A stretch of DNA of 32,000 nt from Geotalea uraniireducens Rf4 (GCF_000016745.1 NC_009483.1:2670001-2702000); one strand, 5' to 3'. Positions 1 through 10,921 are shown, counted from the first letter of the stretch. A program made the numbers and translations. The notes: generated by a model not told the origin, from the sequence alone.

Positions 1-712
1 CATCGGCGCCCATCCGCTCGCAGAGATTGGCAATCTGGTTCATGAAGGATATTTTGGTGGCCAACATGGCATTGGCAGCATACTTGGTCATTTCTGCACT
101 TCTGATGTCCATGACGATAAGGCGGTTGGTCTTCCGCATGAAGGGCGCATAGAGCTCCTTCATGATCTCGGCAGTACGTACGTTGTCCGTGCCGATAACC
201 ACCCGGTCCGGCTTCATGAAATCGTCAATAGCAGCGCCTTCCTTCAGGAATTCCGGATTAGACACCACGTCAAATTCAATAGTTGCATGTCTTTTCTCAA
301 GTTCTTCATTAACAACCGCCCGCACTTTATCGGCTGTTCCAACCGGGACGGTGGACTTATCAACCAATATCTTGAAGCTCTCCATATTGCGGCCGATTGT
401 TCGTGCCACGTCCAGTACATATTGCAGGTCGGCGGACCCGTCTTCACCCGGTGGGGTTCCGACAGCGATAAAATTAACCAGGGACGCCTTGACTGCCGAT
501 GCCAGATCGGTCGTGAAGCTAAGTCTCCCCTCTTCGCAATTCCTGAGCACAAGCTCCTTCAGGCCGGGCTCGTAGATCGGAATAACTCCGTTTTTAAGCC
601 CCTCGATCTTTGCCTCATCTACATCGACACAGATAACATCATTGCCGCTCTCGGCAAAACAGGTGCCTGCTACAAGCCCCACATAGCCTGTTCCTATTAT
701 GCAGATTTTCAT
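1..712 (-). CDS. ugd: UDP-glucose 6-dehydrogenase, N-terminal part (C-terminal end runs off the window)
   Basis: My own minus-strand translation from the ATG at 710-712 gives [51 protein letters not shown]...[12 protein letters not shown]...[14 protein letters not shown]. This shows a Rossmann GxGxxG and UDPGDH-family motifs. It is absent from the ORF track because there is no stop inside the window. Confidence 0.85.
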   Translation of the reverse strand, partial: MKICIIGTGYVGLVAGTCFAESGNDVICVDVDEAKIEGLKNGVIPIYEPGLKELVLRNCEEGRLSFTTDLASAVKASLVNFIAVGTPPGEDGSADLQYVLDVARTIGRNMESFKILVDKSTVPVGTADKVRAVVNEELEKRHATIEFDVVSNPEFLKEGAAIDDFMKPDRVVIGTDNVRTAEIMKELYAPFMRKTNRLIVMDIRSAEMTKYAANAMLATKISFMNQIANLCERMGAD

Positions 713-829
713 GAATGTTTTCTCCCTAGTCAATTAATTTAGCACATTTATATAACACAGAAGATGGTACTTGTGCCAGAGTTTTCCTGATTAATTCCAG
801 CTTTGCCAGTCATGCTGGATGAATGAATT

Positions 830-1008
830 CAGCAGTGTCCGGTTAGATAATTGCACTGGCATCAAAAGCTGTGAAAACTATCTTTTTGCACCCTCCCCCA
901 GCCCCTCCCATCGAAGGGAGGGGAGCTTTTATTCCCTCTCCCCTGGTGGGAGAGGGCTAGGGAGAGGGGGGAATGTGTCGGCTGCAAAAACCTAACCGGA
1001 CACTGCTG
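830..1008. repeat. Nested palindromic intergenic element (MITE/REP-like)
   Basis: A 17-bp perfect inverted repeat, cagcagtgtccggttag (830-846) / ctaaccggacactgctg (992-1008), encloses two internal 8-bp-stem hairpins: cccctccc..gggagggg (about 902-923) and ccctctcc..ggagaggg (about 934-956). Confidence 0.6.
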
Positions 1009-1043
1009 GAATAAATTTCATTATTAATATAATGCCGAACACC

Positions 1044-1871
1044 CTATGTATTTAACTTCCGTAAGCCGAGAATCGCCCGCGTCAACACGGCAAATTCATC
1101 CAGGGAAAGGGTCTCTCCTCTCCTGCTCCCGTCTATTCCACACTTGGTAAGTAATGAGAGGAGGACATCACCATCCACACCCAGTTCTGACGATTTGAGA
1201 CAGTTCCATAATGTCTTACGACGCTGGCTAAAAGCTGCTTTAACGACTTTGCGAAAAAAGCTCTCATCCTCCACATCAACCCTCGGAGCCGGCAAGGGAA
1301 CAAATTTCAGCACGACTGAATCTACCTTGGGAACAGGGGTAAAAGAGCCCGGCTTAACGATCAATACGCGGCTGATATCAAAATGAAGACGGCAAAAAAC
1401 AGAAAGTATCCCGTAATCTTTGCAGCCGGGTGCGGCAATGAGCCTGTCGCCAACCTCTTTCTGCAACATGAGTATGAGCAGCGAAAAGAGCTTCGGGTTA
1501 TCAAGAAATTTGAACAGCACCTGACTGGAAATATTATATGGCAGATTCGCAGCAACCTTCCATGCCCCACTCCAGCGGTCCATGAGCAGTTCGGAAAGGT
1601 TCACCTTAAGGATATCTCCCTGAACGAACTCCACATTTTTTTGCGGGGCAAATTCCCTGGCAAGAAATGGAACAAGCTGTCGATCCAACTCAACGGCCAA
1701 GACCTGTGCAGCGCGCTCCACCAATAAAGCGGTCAGCGCACCCTTTCCCGGTCCTACTTCCAGAATCCTGTCTTCAGCACTAATATTTACAGCGTCAACG
1801 ATCCGAGTAAGGACATTTCTGTCAACGAGGAAATTTTGCCCCATTGATTTTTTAGCGCGAATTTTTTCCAT
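1044..1871 (-). CDS. rsmA: 16S rRNA (adenine1518/1519-N6)-dimethyltransferase
   Basis: 275 aa. Contains MGQNFLVD, the EVGPGKGALT SAM-binding motif and NLPYNISS, which are typical of KsgA/RsmA. Confidence 0.93.
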   Translation of the reverse strand: MEKIRAKKSMGQNFLVDRNVLTRIVDAVNISAEDRILEVGPGKGALTALLVERAAQVLAVELDRQLVPFLAREFAPQKNVEFVQGDILKVNLSELLMDRWSGAWKVAANLPYNISSQVLFKFLDNPKLFSLLILMLQKEVGDRLIAAPGCKDYGILSVFCRLHFDISRVLIVKPGSFTPVPKVDSVVLKFVPLPAPRVDVEDESFFRKVVKAAFSQRRKTLWNCLKSSELGVDGDVLLSLLTKCGIDGSRRGETLSLDEFAVLTRAILGLRKLNT

Positions 1872-2902
1872 TATGATCCCTTTGTCAGACGCGAAGCAAT
1901 GCTATCAAGGGGCCAAACCGGCAGAGCATCGATATCAAAGCCACTGAGAATGTTATTGCTCAGATAGTAGTCTCCCGGCACGGCAATCATGGCAGCATTA
2001 TCAGAGCATAACAGCGGGGAAGGAATGTGTAGTTCAATTCCCTTCAGTTCAGCCAAACGGCTCATCTCACGCCGTAAACCATTGTTGCATGCTACCCCAC
2101 CGGCAACAACCACTCTTTTTATCCCGGTTGCAGAAACAGCGGCCGCTGTTTTACTTACCAAAACGTCGCACACGGCTGCTTGAAATGAAGCACAAAGATC
2201 ATTCAATGCACGACCATCTGCTGCCGCTGGATTTTTCTGGAGATAATTCAAAACTGATGTTTTCAAGCCGCTAAAACTGAAATTGAAGCTTTCGTCGCGC
2301 ATAAGCGGCCGCGGGAACCGTATCGCTTCAGGATCACCCTCGGCGGCCAGTCGGTCAATGAGTGCGCCACCGGGATATGGAAGGCCCAACAGTTTTGCTA
2401 CCTTATCGAAGGCCTCTCCCGCAGCATCATCCAAAGTCTGTCCAAGGGTCTTATAGCGACCAACAGCTTCCACCAAATATAAATGCGTATGACCGCCGGA
2501 AACAGCAAGGGCTACAAAAGGGAATTCAATTGAACGCTCAAGGAAAATGGCCAATATGTGGGACTCTATATGATTGACACCTGCAATGGGTACACCGAGT
2601 GCATAAGCCATGGCCTTGGCCGTGGAAATTCCGACCAAAAGTGCTCCGGCCAAACCAGGCCCCTGAGTGACGGCAATTCCGTCGACATCGGTTAAGGAAA
2701 CTCCAGCTGCCTGCAAAGCCTCCTCGATCACCGTTGAAATTGTCTCCAGATGCTTACGCGAGGCTATTTCCGGCACTACACCGCCGTAGCCGGCATGAAC
2801 GCTGATCTGGGAAGCAACTATGTTGGAAAGAATGATCCTGCCGTCCCTGACAACGGCGGCGGCGGTCTCATCACAAGATGATTCGATAGCAAGCAGCAAC
2901 AT
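1871..2902 (-). CDS. tsaD: tRNA N6-adenosine threonylcarbamoyltransferase
   Basis: 343 aa. Begins MLLLAIESSCDETAAAVV and contains GVNHIESH and VSGGHT. This is the Kae1/Gcp/TsaD family. Its stop overlaps the rsmA start. Confidence 0.95.
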   Translation of the reverse strand: MLLLAIESSCDETAAAVVRDGRIILSNIVASQISVHAGYGGVVPEIASRKHLETISTVIEEALQAAGVSLTDVDGIAVTQGPGLAGALLVGISTAKAMAYALGVPIAGVNHIESHILAIFLERSIEFPFVALAVSGGHTHLYLVEAVGRYKTLGQTLDDAAGEAFDKVAKLLGLPYPGGALIDRLAAEGDPEAIRFPRPLMRDESFNFSFSGLKTSVLNYLQKNPAAADGRALNDLCASFQAAVCDVLVSKTAAAVSATGIKRVVVAGGVACNNGLRREMSRLAELKGIELHIPSPLLCSDNAAMIAVPGDYYLSNNILSGFDIDALPVWPLDSIASRLTKGS

Positions 2903-2911
2903 AAAATAAGA

Positions 2912-2932
2912 AGGGCGTGAATTTCACGCCCT
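2912..2932 (-). terminator. Intrinsic terminator after the PIN-PhoH gene
   Basis: The minus strand reads AGGGCGTGAAATTCACGCCCT followed by TCTTATTTT. Confidence 0.6.
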
Positions 2933-2984
2933 CATACCTTTCACATAGTATTTTGAACTTGAGGAAAGTCGGCAGCAAATAGTT

Positions 2985-4301
2985 CTACAGAAGATTGGCT
3001 GCCAGCTCGGCCAACTCTGAACGTTCACCCTTGGTCATGGTAATATGACTGGAAATCCCCTGACCTTTGAATTTTTCCACCACGTAAGTTAATCCGTTAC
3101 TGGATGAATCCACATAAGGATTATCAATCTGGTACGGATCCCCGGTAAGTACTATTTTGGTTCCTTCGCCGGCCCTGGTAACGATGGTTTTAATTTCGTG
3201 GGGAGTAAGATTCTGAGCTTCGTCAACAATCATGTACTGATTCGGAATGGAACGGCCCCTTATGTAAGTCAAAGGCTCTATATCCATGATACCCATCGCC
3301 ATCAACTCTTTGTAGCCTTTACTATGGCGTTTTTCTCCTTCATGGCCAGTGAGAAGCAGCTCAACATTGTCGAATATCGGCTGCATCCAGGGAGTCAGCT
3401 TTTCTTCAATGTCGCCGGGGAGAAATCCCAGGTCTCTACCCATGGGGAATACCGGGCGCGAAACCAGCAGGCGGTTGTATATGTTTTCCTCGGCAGTCTT
3501 ATGCAGACCCGCGGCAATTGCCACCAACGTCTTGCCGGTACCAGCCTTGCCCACCAGCGTTACCAGTTTGATGTTGTCATCAAGCAGGGCTTCGAGGGCA
3601 AAGGCCTGTTCACGATTTCTCGGGTGAATACTCCAAATCCCATCCTTACCAACCCTTTTTATCTGCATTACTTTCTTTTCACCGGCATCGAATCTGCCAA
3701 TCGCACTATGTGAGTCGTTCAAACGATCCTTAAAGGTAATAAACTGATTAGCGTAGAAATCCGCATCAACATTAACCCAACCCTGGCCATGAAAACGGTC
3801 AATCACGTCAGAATCCACTTCCATTTCGGCAACACCCGAATAGAGTTCTTCAATATCCACCTTGTCGGATTCATAATCCTCAGCCACAAGACCGATGGCA
3901 TCGGCTTTAATGCGCAAGTTGGTATCTTTGGTAACAAATATTAACGGTTGATGCGCATTTTTGGCCTTAACGTCGACGGCTACCGCAAGTATCCGGTTGT
4001 CACCACGCTCCTCCCGGAGTTCCGGTGGCAGTCGTTTCATTACCTGCTCTTCATAAATTTCTACACGAATATTTCCGCCGTTCTCCATTTTAATCCCGTC
4101 GGACAGTGAGCCTTTCTTGCGCAAATCATCGAGAAGACGGGAAATCTGACGAGCATTTCGGCCAGTTTCGTTCATATCTTTTTTGAATCTGTCAATCTCT
4201 TCTATGACAGTAATAGGTATGATTATATTATTTTCCTGAAACTTAAAAACAGCCTGCGGGTCATAAAGTAAAACATTGGTATCAAGAACAAAATTTTTCA
4301 T
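2985..4301 (-). CDS. PIN-domain / PhoH-like ATPase (YlaK type)
   Basis: The N-terminus FVLDTNVLLYD is PIN-like. There is a Walker A GKAGTGKT and a PhoH-type C-terminus (IVDEAQN, VLTGDPYQID). The start is placed at the ATG at 4299-4301 with AAGGTG upstream. The ORF track extends to 4346. Confidence 0.85.
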   Translation of the reverse strand: MKNFVLDTNVLLYDPQAVFKFQENNIIIPITVIEEIDRFKKDMNETGRNARQISRLLDDLRKKGSLSDGIKMENGGNIRVEIYEEQVMKRLPPELREERGDNRILAVAVDVKAKNAHQPLIFVTKDTNLRIKADAIGLVAEDYESDKVDIEELYSGVAEMEVDSDVIDRFHGQGWVNVDADFYANQFITFKDRLNDSHSAIGRFDAGEKKVMQIKRVGKDGIWSIHPRNREQAFALEALLDDNIKLVTLVGKAGTGKTLVAIAAGLHKTAEENIYNRLLVSRPVFPMGRDLGFLPGDIEEKLTPWMQPIFDNVELLLTGHEGEKRHSKGYKELMAMGIMDIEPLTYIRGRSIPNQYMIVDEAQNLTPHEIKTIVTRAGEGTKIVLTGDPYQIDNPYVDSSSNGLTYVVEKFKGQGISSHITMTKGERSELAELAANLL

Positions 4302-4323
4302 TTTCACCTTTCCGTATTCAAGC

Positions 4324-4593
4324 TTATCTCTCTGAGTAAGATACATGCAGTCCGCTGGAAGTTGCCATGATTTTGATATAAACGGGCTGATTCTTATATT
4401 GCGCTTCCAGCACCACCTCCCCCTCCCTGTTCAACGCCGCAAGTACACGCTCAGGTGAGTCCTTAATGGTATAGAAATTGTAAATACCGGTCTTATAGAG
4501 TTCCTCTTTTTTTACCGGCCGCTCGGGTGGGAGAGAACACCCTGATGCAACAAGACCGATGAAGCATAAAAATGAAATTAACAGGTTTTTCAT
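4324..4593 (-). CDS. Small lipoprotein, unknown function
   Basis: Begins MKNLLISFLCFIGLVASGC, a signal peptide with an LVASGC lipobox. A GGGAG RBS lies 5 nt before the ATG at 4591-4593. Confidence 0.6.
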   Translation of the reverse strand: MKNLLISFLCFIGLVASGCSLPPERPVKKEELYKTGIYNFYTIKDSPERVLAALNREGEVVLEAQYKNQPVYIKIMATSSGLHVSYSER

Positions 4594-4607
4594 GTTCACT
4601 CCCATCT

Positions 4608-5750
4608 TTATCGAGAGACTATGGTGCGCATGGCCTCAAGAAAAGCCGCTATGTCTTCTTCGCTGTTAAAATAACCCGGACTCACCCTTATAGTGCCGCC
4701 AGGGTAAGTTCCGATGGTTTTATGGGCAAAAGGTGCGCAGTGCAAACCGACTCTGACACTGATGTCATAATCGTTGTCCAATCGAAAACCGATTGTAGCA
4801 GGATCAAAACCATCAACGGTAAAAGAGACAACACCACCACACTGAGCATGCTTTTCTGGACCGTAAAGGGTAACACCGGGAAGGTCCTTCAAACCATGCA
4901 ACAATTGAGAAACCAGCACCGTTTCCTTTTGTCGGATGCGCTCAAGCCCGGTTTCCAGAATAAATTCAATACCGGCTTTGAGCCCGGCAATGCCCGGGGT
5001 GTTCATGGTACCGCTTTCATACCGTTCCGGCAAAACATCCGGCTGACCTAATTCCGAGGAAAAGCTTCCGGTCCCTCCGACAATGAGTGGCATTAAATCC
5101 ACGCCTTCAGCCATATAAAGAAATCCAGTGCCTTGTGGACCCAAAAGCCCCTTGTGTCCAGGCACGGCAAGCAGGTCAATGTTTAATTTATTCACATCGA
5201 TTGGAATATGGCCCGCACTCTGGGCAGCATCAAGGAGCAATAACACACCGGACTTCCTGGTAAGAATGCCTATTTCTTCAACAGGTTGAATGGTTCCGGT
5301 AACATTGGAACAGTGGGAAAGAGCTACGAGCCTGGTCGTGGGTCGCATCGCAGCAGCAATCTTGTCTGTACTGACAAAACCGTGTCTATCGGCAGTAACC
5401 CAGGTGACTTCCACCCCTCTCTCCTCTGCAGCATGAAGAGGACGAACAAGCGAATTGTGTTCCATGGTGGTAGAAACAACATGGTCACCGGGATGCAATA
5501 AACCGTTTACGGCAAGGTTAAGCGCTTCCGTGGCATTTTGGGTAAAAACCAGGCGAGTGGAGTCCTTAATGGCAAAAAAAGTCGCCAGCAATTCCCTTGC
5601 TTCAAACACCAGTCGGGACGCGGCGATTCCTCTTTTATAACCACCTCTTCCCGGGCCGACACCGATGTCCCTGAGTGCGTGTTCAACGGCAAGATAAACA
5701 GAATCGGGCTTGGGAAAGGTAGTTGCTGCGTTGTCAAGGTAAACTGCCAT
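4608..5750 (-). CDS. Class-V aminotransferase / cysteine desulfurase family protein
   Basis: 380 aa. Contains YLDNAATTFP, SHCSNVTG and PGHKGLLGPQGTGFLY (PLP-lysine context). Confidence 0.8.
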   Translation of the reverse strand: MAVYLDNAATTFPKPDSVYLAVEHALRDIGVGPGRGGYKRGIAASRLVFEARELLATFFAIKDSTRLVFTQNATEALNLAVNGLLHPGDHVVSTTMEHNSLVRPLHAAEERGVEVTWVTADRHGFVSTDKIAAAMRPTTRLVALSHCSNVTGTIQPVEEIGILTRKSGVLLLLDAAQSAGHIPIDVNKLNIDLLAVPGHKGLLGPQGTGFLYMAEGVDLMPLIVGGTGSFSSELGQPDVLPERYESGTMNTPGIAGLKAGIEFILETGLERIRQKETVLVSQLLHGLKDLPGVTLYGPEKHAQCGGVVSFTVDGFDPATIGFRLDNDYDISVRVGLHCAPFAHKTIGTYPGGTIRVSPGYFNSEEDIAAFLEAMRTIVSR

Positions 5751-5774
5751 TCATATTTTCTATCATTTTAACGA

Positions 5775-6842
5775 TTATTTGGCAACCGCTTTCATGAGCG
5801 AACGCTGGATAAGCTTTCGCGGTTTCACCTTTGGCATACCCAACGTGTTCAAAAGTCTGATGGTAAGAAAATTTTCCACAGCCAACATATCTTTTAGAGA
5901 GGAAGATACATGATCCACCTTCCCACCAGCCATCATACCGTGTCCCCCGGCCGTGCCCCTGCCGTCCACAAGAGACTTGATAATTTCTCCTACATTACAA
6001 TCGTGACGAATGGTCCGCATGGAAAGAACCATCTCGTCATTATAGAGCCCCATACACAGAACCGTTTCGATTTCTTCCAGCCTAAGAAGAATGTCAGCCA
6101 ATTCAGCCACAATTTCCGGGAATAATATTTCCCGCAAATTTGCAATCAGGACCTTATCAAAGATTTTTGCATGCTTAAGCGCACTGTTAAGGGCCAGAAA
6201 ATACTCGATTGGTAACTTTGGATGATCAATTTCGTAAAGGAGTTTCTTGTTGCTGAGAGGGAAAAGTCGAAGATAGGCATCCCTGTCAGGACGGTTTGCT
6301 TCCCTGCCGAGGTCCTGTGTCTCTGATTTTATGGCATAAAAGAGAGCTGTCGCAAGTTTGGTTCCAATAGAGATATTCTGGGCAACAAGATATTCGTAAA
6401 GAATTGTGGCTGTCACGCCATATTCAGGACGAATATCCACCCAACGACAACCTTTGCTCAATTTGTGCATGGGATGATGGTCAATAAGAATATCCACCCT
6501 TGTGCCCGGAGGCAAGGAATTGTTTCCAACCCCCGGCTGAGTATCCACCATGCAAATCACCTGAAACTCTTTAATATCCAAAATTGTAAGCGGCGTGAGG
6601 GGAATCTGTAGCTGTTTTGCCATGGTAAGATTTTCACTTCGTACTATCATGCCGGAAAAGGCTATTACTGCCTCCCTGTTCAACTTCATCACGAACATAT
6701 GACTTAACGCCATGGCAGAAGCAAAACAATCGGGGTCAGGATTGTCGTGTACGATTATAAGGATTTTCCCCTTCCCTCTAACCCACGTCAACATGTCATC
6801 AATATATTTTTTAAGATTAGGTATCGGGGCTTCGCCTGACAT
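5775..6842 (-). CDS. DHH/DHHA1 family phosphoesterase (NrnA-like)
   Basis: Contains HDNPDPDCFASA, DHH (ILIDHHP) and GGHGMMAGG (DHHA1). The start is placed at the ATG at 6840-6842, preceded by AAAGGAG. The ORF track extends to 6857. Confidence 0.8.
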   Translation of the reverse strand: MSGEAPIPNLKKYIDDMLTWVRGKGKILIIVHDNPDPDCFASAMALSHMFVMKLNREAVIAFSGMIVRSENLTMAKQLQIPLTPLTILDIKEFQVICMVDTQPGVGNNSLPPGTRVDILIDHHPMHKLSKGCRWVDIRPEYGVTATILYEYLVAQNISIGTKLATALFYAIKSETQDLGREANRPDRDAYLRLFPLSNKKLLYEIDHPKLPIEYFLALNSALKHAKIFDKVLIANLREILFPEIVAELADILLRLEEIETVLCMGLYNDEMVLSMRTIRHDCNVGEIIKSLVDGRGTAGGHGMMAGGKVDHVSSSLKDMLAVENFLTIRLLNTLGMPKVKPRKLIQRSLMKAVAK

Positions 6843-6952
6843 AAAATCTCCTTTCATAACTCAAGGAAACTTTATCATAAATTTTTGCTAAAGGTAAAAT
6901 ATCAACTCAAGGTGGGAATTGTATCGAATAGATAAGTGGCGGGTATACAAAC

Positions 6953-6984
6953 AAAAAAGGGGGACAGGATTGTCCCCCTTTTTT
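6953..6984. terminator. Bidirectional-looking intrinsic terminator
   Basis: The sequence aaaaaaGGGGGACAggatTGTCCCCCtttttt has an 8-bp GC-rich stem flanked by an A-run and a T-run. It lies downstream of the zinc-ribbon ORF on the minus strand. Confidence 0.6.
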
Positions 6985-7010
6985 GTTTACAGTGTACCTT
7001 ATTAACGTGA

Positions 7011-7166
7011 TTAACCTAAATAACTATTATGATTTCTTGCTCTGTTCGCTAATATGGTCGGATCCAGCACTTCGCCACAACAGGTACATTTCCAGGCATC
7101 GAAAGATCTTACAAAGTCATAATATTTCTCAGCAAACATACGGCCTTTACATTTTGGACATTTCAT
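7011..7166 (-). CDS. Small zinc-ribbon protein (two CxxC pairs), unknown function
   Basis: Translates as MKCPKCKGRMFAEKYYDFVRSFDAWKCTCCGEVLDP... A GGAGG RBS lies about 9 nt upstream of the ATG at 7164-7166. The N-terminal extension in the ORF track is unlikely. Confidence 0.55.
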   Translation of the reverse strand: MKCPKCKGRMFAEKYYDFVRSFDAWKCTCCGEVLDPTILANRARNHNSYLG

Positions 7167-7306
7167 AATAATCAACCTCCACGGGATTAAATTAGTAAAC
7201 GAAAGTATCCAAATAGTATTCATTATATATGCCATGTTAGAAAATTTTTATATTACAACCTCCGCTTTCAATCACTTTATCTAATATGTGCTTTTATTTC
7301 AATCAG

Positions 7307-7876
7307 TTACCTACTTGCAAAATATTCGCGAATTTGACTAATTTTACCTTCTGCAATACCAGGCACCCTTTTCAATGCATCCACGGAATAGAAATCGCCA
7401 TTAATTTGACGGTCAAAAACGATCCTTTTTGCCAACTCAGGTCCTATTCCCGGTAAAGCATCCCAGTCGTCCGCAGTAAGTAAATCCGGTTGAAGTGGTA
7501 TACCAAGCACCATCAATTCCTTAGCGTTCATACAACCTATTGTTAATTCAAGTTTTTTCTCCCCGTCAGGCCTTAGACAAATGATATCGCCGGACTTTAG
7601 CAAAGTGCCGGGAGTCCCCTTAACCATGACCTTATCGGCCGAGGCGGCAATCGTCATATTTATGACGCTCGTAATTGTCGTCCCGTCAGGGAATCGATAA
7701 ATACCAGGAGACGGCACAGAACCTTTAATCCGCACAATAATTTGCGCAGGGGAAGGATGCGAAAAGGCCACCGCAGTTCCTTTATTACGGGAACTACAGT
7801 GGCCTTTTATCAACAGCGGAATTATGAGAAGTACTGCTACAAGCCATAAAATGAAGCGTTGGCTGCCAAGGATCAC
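7307..7876 (-). CDS. ComEA-family helix-hairpin-helix DNA-binding protein
   Basis: N-terminal TM segment, then a C-terminal [13 protein letters not shown]...[12 protein letters not shown] tandem HhH. GTG start in a GTGA overlap with the cimA stop. Confidence 0.8.
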   Translation of the reverse strand: MILGSQRFILWLVAVLLIIPLLIKGHCSSRNKGTAVAFSHPSPAQIIVRIKGSVPSPGIYRFPDGTTITSVINMTIAASADKVMVKGTPGTLLKSGDIICLRPDGEKKLELTIGCMNAKELMVLGIPLQPDLLTADDWDALPGIGPELAKRIVFDRQINGDFYSVDALKRVPGIAEGKISQIREYFASR

Positions 7877-9459
7877 TTTCTGCGAATCTCTGCTTCTTCG
7901 TCTTTATGAAGCTTATATTCAATGCAATCGATTAAAGCCTGATAGGACGCGTCGATAATATTATCGGATACACCGACGGTGCCCCAGCGGCTCTCCTTAT
8001 CACCTGATTCTATGAGAACACGAGTCGCCGATGCGGTACCCTGCCCAGCAGGGAGGACTCGTACTTTATAATCAAGAAGCTTTACCTCTTTAATCCTTGG
8101 ATAAAACTTCTCCAAAGCCTTTCTTATGGCGTTATCCAAGGCATTAACCGGTCCATTGCCTTCCGCGGCAGTATGCTCAACCTTGCCGCCGACCTTGACC
8201 ATAATAGTGGCCTCTGAAATCGTTTTCTGCTCTTCGTGACGTTTTTCATCAATGACACGGAAACCGATTACCGAAAAAAATTTCTTATGGGTTCCCAGTG
8301 CCCGTTTCATTAAAAGCTCAAAAGATGCTTCCGCACCCTCAAACTGGTAGCCCCTATTTTCCATTTCCTTAATGTTATCAAGTATGTCAAGGGTTACCGG
8401 ATCCTTACTGTCCAGATTTATCTGGAATTCCTCAGCTTTTGCCAGGATGTTTGCCCGCCCGGACAGATCGGAAATCAATACTCTGGTCGTATTTCCCACC
8501 AGTTCCGGCCTTATATGCTCATAGGTCTCAGGATGGCGCTGGATGGCACTCACATGCACACCTCCCTTGTGCGCAAAAGCGGAATTGCCGACGTAGGGCT
8601 GATGCTTGTTCGGAGAAAAATTGGCCAGTTCATACACATAGCGGGATAACTCACGCAATTTTTTCAATTGATCGCCGGAGATGCACTCCTGCTTCATCTT
8701 CAGTTTCAGTGCGGGGATGACGGAACAAAGATTGGCATTCCCGCAACGTTCGCCGAAACCGTTAATTGTCCCTTGCACCTGAACAATCCCTTGGTCCACC
8801 GCAAGGAGAGAATTGGCAACGGCACACTCGGAATCATTATGGGTATGAATACCAAGCGGCGTCTTGATGTGCTTTCTAACATCCTTGATAATCTCCGCCA
8901 ACTCGAATGGCATGGTACCGCCGTTAGTGTCGCACAGCACTATGCAGTCGACCTTTGCATCTTCCGCAGCCTTCAGGGTCTTGATGGCATATTCGGCATT
9001 GGCCTTGTAGCCATCAAAAAAGTGCTCTGCATCATAAAACACTTCGGGAGCGTGGGCTTTCAGATATTCCAGAGAGTCAAAAATCAGTTCCAGGTTTTCA
9101 TCCAGAGAAATACGCAAGGCTTCCCGCACGTGGAAATCCCAGGTTTTACCGAAAATGGTAACAACATCAGGTTCTGCCTGGATCAGGGTGCGAATATTCT
9201 GGTCCTTGTCCGGTGTAATCTTGGCACGCCGGGTTGAGCCAAAAGCAGCAATCTTGGCATGTGACAGTTTTTCCTTCTTGATATCCTTGAAAAATGCCAC
9301 GTCCTTAGGATTGCTCCCGGGCCACCCACCTTCAATATAATGGATACCTATCTCATCAAGCTTGCGGGCAATGCGGATCTTGTCTTCAACCAGAAGTGAA
9401 ATATCCTCCGCCTGGGTACCATCGCGAAGAGTAGTGTCATAAAGTTTTACCAGACTCAT
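7873..9459 (-). CDS. cimA: (R)-citramalate synthase
   Basis: Begins [18 protein letters not shown], with HTHND and a LeuA-dimer-like C-terminal domain. About 528 aa from the ATG at 9457-9459, which has AAGGTG upstream. Long-form CimA as found in Geobacter. Confidence 0.88.
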   Translation of the reverse strand: MSLVKLYDTTLRDGTQAEDISLLVEDKIRIARKLDEIGIHYIEGGWPGSNPKDVAFFKDIKKEKLSHAKIAAFGSTRRAKITPDKDQNIRTLIQAEPDVVTIFGKTWDFHVREALRISLDENLELIFDSLEYLKAHAPEVFYDAEHFFDGYKANAEYAIKTLKAAEDAKVDCIVLCDTNGGTMPFELAEIIKDVRKHIKTPLGIHTHNDSECAVANSLLAVDQGIVQVQGTINGFGERCGNANLCSVIPALKLKMKQECISGDQLKKLRELSRYVYELANFSPNKHQPYVGNSAFAHKGGVHVSAIQRHPETYEHIRPELVGNTTRVLISDLSGRANILAKAEEFQINLDSKDPVTLDILDNIKEMENRGYQFEGAEASFELLMKRALGTHKKFFSVIGFRVIDEKRHEEQKTISEATIMVKVGGKVEHTAAEGNGPVNALDNAIRKALEKFYPRIKEVKLLDYKVRVLPAGQGTASATRVLIESGDKESRWGTVGVSDNIIDASYQALIDCIEYKLHKDEEAEIRRK

Positions 9460-9505
9460 GTTATCACCTTTAATAAATGTATGTAGTTTAGACATATAGA
9501 CAAAA

Positions 9506-9553
9506 AGGCACAGAAAAACAAAATTATTCATCAAACTCTGCGTCTCTGTGCCT
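9506..9553 (-). terminator. Candidate terminator/attenuator between aspartokinase and cimA
   Basis: On the minus strand, AGGCACAGA ... TCTGTGCCT is followed by TTTTTG. The loop is large (about 30 nt), so the call is weak. Confidence 0.35.
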
Positions 9554-9605
9554 CTATGGCAAATAATGTGAAGTAAGGACGTAGCCTTAACTTATACTAT
9601 TCAGC

Positions 9606-10829
9606 CTATGCAGCCTTACCAGACAAACCGAACGCATCATGTAGCACCCGAACCGCAAGTTCGGTATACTTGGCGTCAACCACGACCGAAACTTTTATCT
9701 CTGAGGTGGAAATCATCTGAATATTAATCCCTTCCTTGGCCAGGGCCTGGAACATCTTGGTCGCCACACCGGCATGACTACGCATGCCTACCCCGACGAC
9801 AGAAACCTTACTGATATTCTCATCGGTCAGGACCTCTTTCGCATCGATGTCCCTGGCTACCTCTTTGGTAATTGCAAGCGCCTTCTTAAAATCCGCCTTT
9901 GTCACAGTAAAGGTAAAATCCGTGAAACCCGCTTCGCTTACGTTCTGCACAATCATATCAACAGAGATGTTGGCATCGGACAAAGGCGAAAGAATTTTAG
10001 CGGCTATCCCGGGCTTATCCGGTACTTGCATAACTGCAATCTTAGTTTCGTTTTTATCGTATGCTATTCCTGAAACGAGAACTGCTTCCATATCCTTATC
10101 CTCCTTGGTAACCATGGTTCCGGGATTGTCATTAAAACTGGAACGCACATGTACGTCCACATCATATTTCTTAGCAAACTCCACGGAGCGGATCTGGAGT
10201 ACCTTTGCACCCAAACTTGCCAACTCCAGCATCTCGTCGTAAGAGATCTTCTCGATCTTCTTGGCATCCTCGCAGATATTGGGATCCGTGGTGTAAACGC
10301 CGTCCACATCCGTAAATATCTCACAGACATCGGCTTTAAGCGCAGCGGCCATCGCAACAGCAGAGGTGTCCGAACCGCCACGGCCTAATGTGGTAATATT
10401 GCCATCCTTATCCACACCCTGGAAACCGGCAACAACCAGAATTGTGCCGTCCTTGATATCAGCTCTGATCTTTGTGTCGTCAATACTCTCAATCCTTGCC
10501 TTGCTATAGGCATTGTCCGTTATGATGGGAATCTGCCAGCCGTGATATGACTTAGCCTTGTATCCCATGGATTTCAGGCATATCGCCAAAAGCGCAATAG
10601 AAACCTGCTCGCCGGATGCTACAAGGACATCGTACTCGCGATTGTCCGGAAATTCACATATATCGTTGGCCAGAGCCACCAGCTTGTTGGTTTCACCGGA
10701 CATTGCCGAGACAACGACAACCATATCGTTACCAGCGTCATAGGTTTTTGCGACTCTCTTGGCAACATTCCGGATTCGTTCAACACTTCCCATTGAGGTG
10801 CCGCCATACTTTTGGACCACCAGTGCCAT
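9606..10829 (-). CDS. lysC: Aspartate kinase
   Basis: Begins [14 protein letters not shown], with [10 protein letters not shown] and two C-terminal ACT domains. The start ATG at 10827-10829 has a GAGGAGG RBS. The ORF-track extension is rejected. Confidence 0.93.
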   Translation of the reverse strand: MALVVQKYGGTSMGSVERIRNVAKRVAKTYDAGNDMVVVVSAMSGETNKLVALANDICEFPDNREYDVLVASGEQVSIALLAICLKSMGYKAKSYHGWQIPIITDNAYSKARIESIDDTKIRADIKDGTILVVAGFQGVDKDGNITTLGRGGSDTSAVAMAAALKADVCEIFTDVDGVYTTDPNICEDAKKIEKISYDEMLELASLGAKVLQIRSVEFAKKYDVDVHVRSSFNDNPGTMVTKEDKDMEAVLVSGIAYDKNETKIAVMQVPDKPGIAAKILSPLSDANISVDMIVQNVSEAGFTDFTFTVTKADFKKALAITKEVARDIDAKEVLTDENISKVSVVGVGMRSHAGVATKMFQALAKEGINIQMISTSEIKVSVVVDAKYTELAVRVLHDAFGLSGKAA

Positions 10830-10921
10830 GCAAGTCCTCCTCGAATATATATTAATGATTATCAGGCTGATCACCGTCAGCTTCTTTGGAATATCCTTAT
10901 TACCAAGAATACATCTCCTGG

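Noticed and set aside
162-742. Plus-strand and minus-strand ORFs of 102-151 aa (162-575, 244-552, 287-742)
   Set aside because: They overlap a clear minus-strand UDP-glucose dehydrogenase reading frame. Their products are low-complexity with no motifs, so they are shadow ORFs.
7167-7235. N-terminal extensions offered by the ORF track (7011-7235, 7873-9534, 9606-10925, 2985-4346, 20399-21898, 22360-24486, 29762-30772)
   Set aside because: In each case an internal ATG is preceded by a good Shine-Dalgarno sequence or forms an ATGA coupling overlap. That internal start gives the canonical family N-terminus or a proper signal peptide.
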